A stretch of DNA of 63,245 bases, filler included, from Craspedostauros australis (lineage: Eukaryota), in NCBI GenBank assembly GCA_030167865.1. It is 17 parts of 17 records of this genome, joined end to end, with 100 filler letters (N's around TTAATTAATTAA, not from the genome) between each part and the next. Parts side by side here need not be neighbours in the genome. Positions count along the whole stretch, not along the records: positions 57,163 to 61,405 come from JALAGF010003776.1; positions 61,506 to 63,245 come from JALAGF010003785.1; 15 more parts are not named here. The stretch is one strand, 5' to 3'. The notes below the pieces were generated by a model. It was not told where the DNA came from. It saw only the letters and a program-made list of their open reading frames with translations, and ran no database searches. A program made the translations under genes and the position numbers. Positions 57,163 through 63,245 of the stretch are shown piece by piece. The stretch's first letter is position 1, and each line of letters opens with the position of its first letter.

Positions 57163-60100
57163 ACGATGCCGACCTTGCCATCTCCGCTGATCTTCGCCTT
57201 GAGAGTGCACGATTCGGATGTCCAGAAGTGATTTGGATCCCAGCACTTCGTGTATGCTGCCGAAGTATCATCCTGAGCTTCGCAATCGGGACGTGGCCAT
57301 TCACTGCACAGTTGCTCGTCGCAGGCATCCAATGCTGTGGAGAACTTGGTGCGCTCGCCCCAGTACACGTCGTCGTAGAAGTTGTTGGTTGGGTTCGTCT
57401 TGCAGCACGCGACGATCGCAGACTCGGTCCTGGGATCGGCGCACATGTATTCACCCCATTCCCAGTGTCGGATGATGGTCTTCGCGTTCTCGTAAAACGA
57501 TTGGTGCACGCAAGGCTTGCGGATGTACTCGTAGTACATGCCGGCTGATACCTCCACGGTTCGCACGGTGTCGATGCGGCATTCCTTGCCAGAGCATTGA
57601 ATTGGTTTATCCAGCACGATCTTGGTTTTGTAGTCACAGGATCCGTCTCCTCGAGGATTGCACAGCTTTGTGTAGAGTCCGCTGTTGCTTGCGTCGAGCT
57701 TGAACCGTTGCGCCGATGGATCTGTCTTCCATGCGTCGATGTCCGAGTGCAACTCTGGGTGTGGGTTGGGTCCAAGGAATCGGTAGACCGCACCTGGCTG
57801 GAGGAAGTGATCATCCGGGAGGTCGGCGCACAGAGGATATCCGTCACCGACGTACTTACGGTTGAGTCCCATCTTGGGGAAGCGATCGCGCCAATCCTCT
57901 CGGATGTACATGGGGTCGATGTAGTTGCTCCAGACGTTTTCTGCATTTCCGCGGACTTGCTGTTGCTCGAATCCAGTCCACGCCCTTGCATATTCCTCTG
58001 CGTGTTGTTGGATAAGAAAGGAAGGGAGAATGGATAGAAGGGAGAGGGAAGCAATCATAGTACGTACAGTAACCAATTCATCATCATGGGGTTGCGTCGT
58101 GGCGCAGTTGTCATTGGTTGAGAGTAAATGGAGTACCGTACAGGCAAAGTGAGTCGATGGGTCGGCAAGAGCAAATCAGGATGTCCATGAGCAGAGCAGC
58201 GCAGAGCACACCATCGCTACCGGTGCCAGTATCCACATCATGACGTTTCCAGGTGAAATCATCTCCATCGGTATCGTAGCCTCGTCTCACTCACCGATAT
58301 CCTCATTCGTGTACACGCGCTTGGGGTTGCCAGCTTCGTCCAGGATCTTTGTGCCGTCCATGTTGAGTTGGAACAAGCCGGTCGTGAAGAGCTGCATCAC
58401 CTCACGGGCGAAGTTTTCATCGGCGTACTCCACCACTCCGTCGCGCTGATACACGAATGCAGTTGATTGACTGTTGTAGTATGTGAGCATGTTGGCCATC
58501 AAGGGGTTGTACGAGACTTCCTTGAGCACGTCACGGTAGTTCCCAAATGCATGACGGATCTGTTGCGTGTTACGTGTTGGTGTGAAAGTGGAGAGAGGTA
58601 GACCGATAGAGAGAGAGAGAAACGTTGAAATGAGAACAGGGTTAGATGCATGGGTGGGTTGAATGAAGGATTGTTTCATCATCGACACCAATGATAGCAT
58701 CACCGTGACCAATGATAGCATCGACGAGAGCATCAGTAGAGGAATCAAAGTCGAGACAGATGTGCTGCGTGATCGTGAATAGATCCACGCAGATAACATG
58801 GAACCCCACCATGTAATGCATTGTACTTACGAAGGTATCATAGTAAACCAGGAATGCTTCAGTGTAGAGTCGCGCATCAACACCGTCGGGAGTGATGACG
58901 AGGATTTGCGACAATGCCCACGCCATGCGTTGGCGGAGCTGATCCACTTCATTCTCGACTGTGGCCTTGAGCCATACATATTTGTTCTGGTGCTCGAACA
59001 GCTCGTAAGATGTGGAGAAGCGACGAGTGTAGGCATCGAATGAACCTCGGTTGATCCGGCCTCCGTTTGCGACACTGCCTCCGTTGGTTGGATCGTTGGC
59101 CACTTCGTATGGGCTTCCGCACACGACCGTTCCGACACCTGACAGCGAACCGTATCCCTGTGTGAGTTCCGGATCGCCTGGTTCCAGCAAGGTGACGCCG
59201 AAGATCTTCGCCATTTCTTCATTGCGCATCTCGCGTGGCAACTGGTAGAAGTTGACCTCATCGCCCAATCGCCACGGACCGCCAAAGCCGCCCTTCTTGT
59301 TGTTCCAGCGAGACATTTCATGCCACCCGGGGAAGTTGAGACGAGCGCTGCCCTGTTTGGCAAATGCGGCAATGGGTGTTGGGCCGCCGTTATGCCCGCC
59401 GTTGACCCATCCGGTGAAGTCGTACACGTTCAGGTGATCTTGGTGCACATTCTTCCAGCAGTCACCGTCGTCATCTTGGACCATGAAATCGATGGCAGTA
59501 TCACGCTGTCCGTCTGGGCATTGCTGACAATCGTCCCACAGCCAAACATCCATCATGTAAGGATTCATGTCGTTCTGCTCGTTCAACCACACTTTGTTGT
59601 CGGATATCAGGGCGGAGAATGCGGTTGCGACACCGGCGTTGACAGCTCCCAATTCAGCGCTGTTGCACGTGACTGGGATCCAACGGGAACGAGAGTACTG
59701 GTCGCATGGCTTTGGGTCGGTCAGCTGCTGTCGCGATTGGTCGAGTCCTTGGACAGCATACCAGTATCGCGTGGTTGCGGAACTATCATCCTCGGTGCCT
59801 CCGGTCTCCTTGTACAGTTTGCGGATGAGATCTTCGGTCAGTGTGAAGTAGCCGGTCTCAACATCGGGTGCGCGGTCCACCCAGTTCATCAGCGGTGAGC
59901 AAGCGGAGGGTGATGTCGAGACGTAGCAGTTGTCTTCGTTCAGGAAGGTTCTTGGGGTGTTGGCACAGTGCGCTGTCTCGTACGGATCGAGGAGGTCGGC
60001 ATGATCCGCGAAGACCTGGCCACCGCCATCTGGGAGGACATTCTCGAGCGTGTTGTCCAACAACTTGAAGCGTGGATCATGGATCAGCATGTCGTCGCCT

Positions 60101-61405
60101 GTTTGATGCGATGTTGTTGTTGTTGTTTGTGTTGGTGGTAGTGTGATGATTTGGATATGAAGGTTCATGTTCCAATGCAATCAATCAGCGGCAGGTGCGC
60201 AAGAAGCAGAAGCAACAGGAACATCGGAATGATGAGATAGGGTGATGGTGGGGTACATGCCTGTAGATCTTGGGGCACCTCTGCTGACGTACCGTGTTGG
60301 ACAAAGACAGGCACATTCGGTTCGAAGGTCGCTGTGTTGCATTGCGAGTCTGCCATGCTGTTCGCGAGGATGTAGTGTCGCAACGGATAGTATTCGTCAT
60401 AGTCCAAATAGTATTGCTGGTCGATGGGCTTCAGAATCTGCGATGAGGTGGGAACGTTCAGCACGACGCTGTCGCTTGATGCGAGGATGGCGTCCTTGGC
60501 CGCGCTGGTGACGAATGGATTCACCAAGAACGCTTCCTCCCATTGGAAGGCCGGGACTGCCGGGTCCTTGAAGATCATTTCGTGGCACTCCGTCCTGTCC
60601 GCGTTTTCAACGTAGACAGATCCGTCGAACCAGCAGACATGGTACAAACCATCTTGATCCCACCGTGTGGTGGGCATGTACGCGTCGCTGTCGCAGTCGG
60701 CGTTGTAGTCGTACTCGTACATGCTGAAGTCGACGATGGTGTAAAGTCTTGCAACACCATTGCGGACCTTGGAAATGGCGCGCAGACGTTGCCCGTTTGA
60801 TCCCGTGACGGTCTTGAGTTCGATGAAGGTTTCGATGTCCTTATCGGTGAAGACCTCGTGGCGGTATCTGGTGCCAACCTCGCATGGTTGGGTGGTGCGA
60901 CCGATGATGGATGGGATTTCGAACTGCGCATTCAAAAACTGGCGGAACAAGGCGCGATGGGATTGGATTGGTGTTTTGGTTGTATCCTGTTGATCTTCGA
61001 TCCACTTGGCGAAGACATCGTCCAAGTCCGAGAATGACGATGCCTCGTATTCTGCCTCCATCTGGTCGAGGGCTGCGCTCGTCACACCGAACGTTGTTTG
61101 CTCCAAGAAGCGAGAGATGATGTCACGGTCTGAGTACGCCGGCGCATTGAAGGTCTTGAGCTCGTAAGTGTGGCCCTCCTCTAGAGCTGGCAGTTGGACC
61201 CAGCAAGCGCGTCTGCGGCACCGAGTGATTTGAACCGAGTTGGGAGATGATTCCATTGCTTCCGTGGAGCCGATCACTTTCCAAGCTTTCCTGTTGTAGG
61301 ATCGTGCAATTGGCTGGAAGGACGTCGTGGATGAGGAGACACGGATGAGGGTGCACAAAGGAGTAGAATGCACGATTCGGATGCTCCCAGGGCTGACTGC
61401 CACTG
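57163..61405 (-). CDS. DUF1800-domain large protein, partial at both ends; introns at 60099-60292, 58560-58830 and 57998-58294 (another likely from about 61293)
   Basis: RFLEQTTFG, DQLRQRMAWALSQI, YYDTF|IRHAFGNYRDVLKEVSYNPLM..MLTY, ADENFAREVMQLFTTGL, YTNEDI|EEYARAWTGF. The GT-AG introns restore the frame. Confidence 0.88.
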
Positions 61406-61705
61406 NNNNNNNNNNNNNNNNNNNNNNNNNNNNNNNNNNNNNNNNNNNNTTAATTAATTAANNNNNNNNNNNNNNNNNNNNNNNNNNNNNNNNNNNNNNN
61501 NNNNNAGAGAGAGAGAGAGAAAGAACATCAAACCAAACAAACGACCAACGAGCCAACTAATCAACCATTGCTTTCGGCAATCACAGCCACCTCCTTTCAG
61601 CAGCAGCGTCAGTCACAACCAATCACCAAGGCTCGCTGTATCCAAGCATCGCTACCTTCCGTACCAGTCCCATAGCAACGACAACTGACGAAGTGAACTT
61701 CACCA

Positions 61706-63202
61706 ATGTTGCGAGGAAGCAGATCAAATAGATTTCGATTACAGCGTTGGAACGTTGCAACGATCACGCTTCTTACGAGTATGATGGACGACGCCGGCGG
61801 GTTTTCCATGATGGCCTCGAGACCCAGATCATTGCAAACGGTCGCATCGCCATCGAATCCGGCATGTTCCGAAGCGGCTCCAGAAGAAGGGATGGAATAC
61901 GCAATGGTCGACGGCGCGATTTCTCTGGCGGAAAAGGCAGCGAAGGAGCTGGATGTGGATGCAAAAGCAAAGGCAAATACTGAGCAGACAACTGTATTCG
62001 TCTCGCCCCAAGACGCACGACATGACACGAAGTCTCTGTCAAGGACGAGCTATGTCAAGCGACAGCTGCGGAAGAATGCCAATTTCGCTGATGGTACTGT
62101 CGTGGCCGACAATCGCAGCGACGATGATGAAAGCACTAGCTCTGCTAGTATCCTCAGCGCCGAGGAACTGATGCAATTGGCGAATCGCAACCTCCGCCGC
62201 ACTCCCGGCTCTCTGAAGGCCACCAAGGGGTGGCGTCATTGGTCGCAGCTTTCCATCGATTCCATCCGGCATCACCTGTCGCAGCGTTTGCCACATCCCG
62301 TCGATCAAGAAGCATTTGGCTCGCTCTGGTTCAATCTGGGCGTGGCTGCCGATCAAGGCACGATGCCGTGCTTCGGTGATGCCGGATCGAGGTCCGGGTA
62401 CGCCCTGGATTTCTTCTGCCGTGCTCGATTACTTTCGGACCTGCTGATGTACACAACTCAAAATCCATCGGTCCCGCACCACTGGAGCAAAGGCATGGAG
62501 CAGCAGCGGCTGCTGGATGGATCGGATGGACAGCCGACGGCGTGTACTTTGACGTCGTTGGGTGGCGGACCTGGGTACGATTTCGTCGCCGCCGCGCTGG
62601 TAGCGACCTTCTCATCCTCAGGCAGCGGAATGTCCGCCTTGCATGCCAATGTGATGGATTACGAGGAGGGCTGGGAGGATCTGGTGGTCGCCATGAGCGA
62701 ATCAACCCAAATCGCGCTGCAACAGACCAACCTGACCGCGTCGTGGGGTGGGAAATGCGATATCACGACGCCTCTCGCACATCCCAACAACCGGGCCATG
62801 CTGGATAAGATTGAGACGACCAACATCTGGACATGCCAGTACTGCGTGTCCGAGAACGCCATCAACCTGCGCAAGTCCAACTTCGTGTTCTTCCGAGAAC
62901 TTTTCGACGTGGTTCCAGAGGGCACGCTGTTCCTGTTCACGGAGACGACGCCTCGGTTGTGGCCAGATTTCTACAAAATTGCCACCACCGAGTGCAACTA
63001 CATGGAGATCGGGTTCCCATGCAATCAAGGACGAAGCAAGAAGGCCCGGCAGATGTCGCTGTGCAAGCGCGGCCAACCAACAGAAGTGGCCCAGGCTGAT
63101 CTGGACTGTTTGGAGGAGTTCCGCCAGTTTGCCAAATGCCATCGGGAAAAGCTGGAGTCGGGCATCATACGGCAGACCAAAAAGGTCCGGGGTGGCAAAT
63201 GA
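61706..63202 (+). CDS. Hypothetical protein with a class I SAM-methyltransferase-like motif
   Basis: 498-aa ORF with LTSLGGGPGYD, VMDYEEGW, CDIT, QYCVSEN and GTLFLFTE. Confidence 0.65.
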   Translation: MLRGSRSNRFRLQRWNVATITLLTSMMDDAGGFSMMASRPRSLQTVASPSNPACSEAAPEEGMEYAMVDGAISLAEKAAKELDVDAKAKANTEQTTVFVSPQDARHDTKSLSRTSYVKRQLRKNANFADGTVVADNRSDDDESTSSASILSAEELMQLANRNLRRTPGSLKATKGWRHWSQLSIDSIRHHLSQRLPHPVDQEAFGSLWFNLGVAADQGTMPCFGDAGSRSGYALDFFCRARLLSDLLMYTTQNPSVPHHWSKGMEQQRLLDGSDGQPTACTLTSLGGGPGYDFVAAALVATFSSSGSGMSALHANVMDYEEGWEDLVVAMSESTQIALQQTNLTASWGGKCDITTPLAHPNNRAMLDKIETTNIWTCQYCVSENAINLRKSNFVFFRELFDVVPEGTLFLFTETTPRLWPDFYKIATTECNYMEIGFPCNQGRSKKARQMSLCKRGQPTEVAQADLDCLEEFRQFAKCHREKLESGIIRQTKKVRGGK

Positions 63203-63245
63203 AGAAGGACCTCTCGCTGCTCGAGCTGAGCTGTGCTACGAATGC

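Overview
Eukaryotic nuclear DNA, most likely a pennate diatom (18S signatures, GT-AG introns, signal/ASAFAP-like presequences, diatom-type gene families). The window is not one locus. It is about 17 short contigs joined by artificial 100-nt spacers (N44-TTAATTAATTAA-N44), and several contigs are redundant or allelic copies of each other. Protein genes include MTFP1/MTP18, a SET-RRM-RS fusion protein, a DusA-like dihydrouridine synthase, GPR89/GTG, an internally deleted ABCC pseudogene, two alleles of a STAND/AAA ATPase, tandem cytochromes P450, MGDG synthase, a ZIP transporter, a beta-propeller protein with an in-frame TGA, an FCP1/NIF phosphatase and a DUF1800 protein. The standout is contig 45593-47288, which the ORF track does not explain: a minus-strand 18S rRNA gene fragment in which 335 nt of rRNA are split into 7 exons (14-141 nt) by 7 canonical spliceosomal-type GT-AG introns (6 complete, 1 partial). 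The six complete introns all sit at G|G junctions, and removing them restores an uninterrupted 18S sequence.
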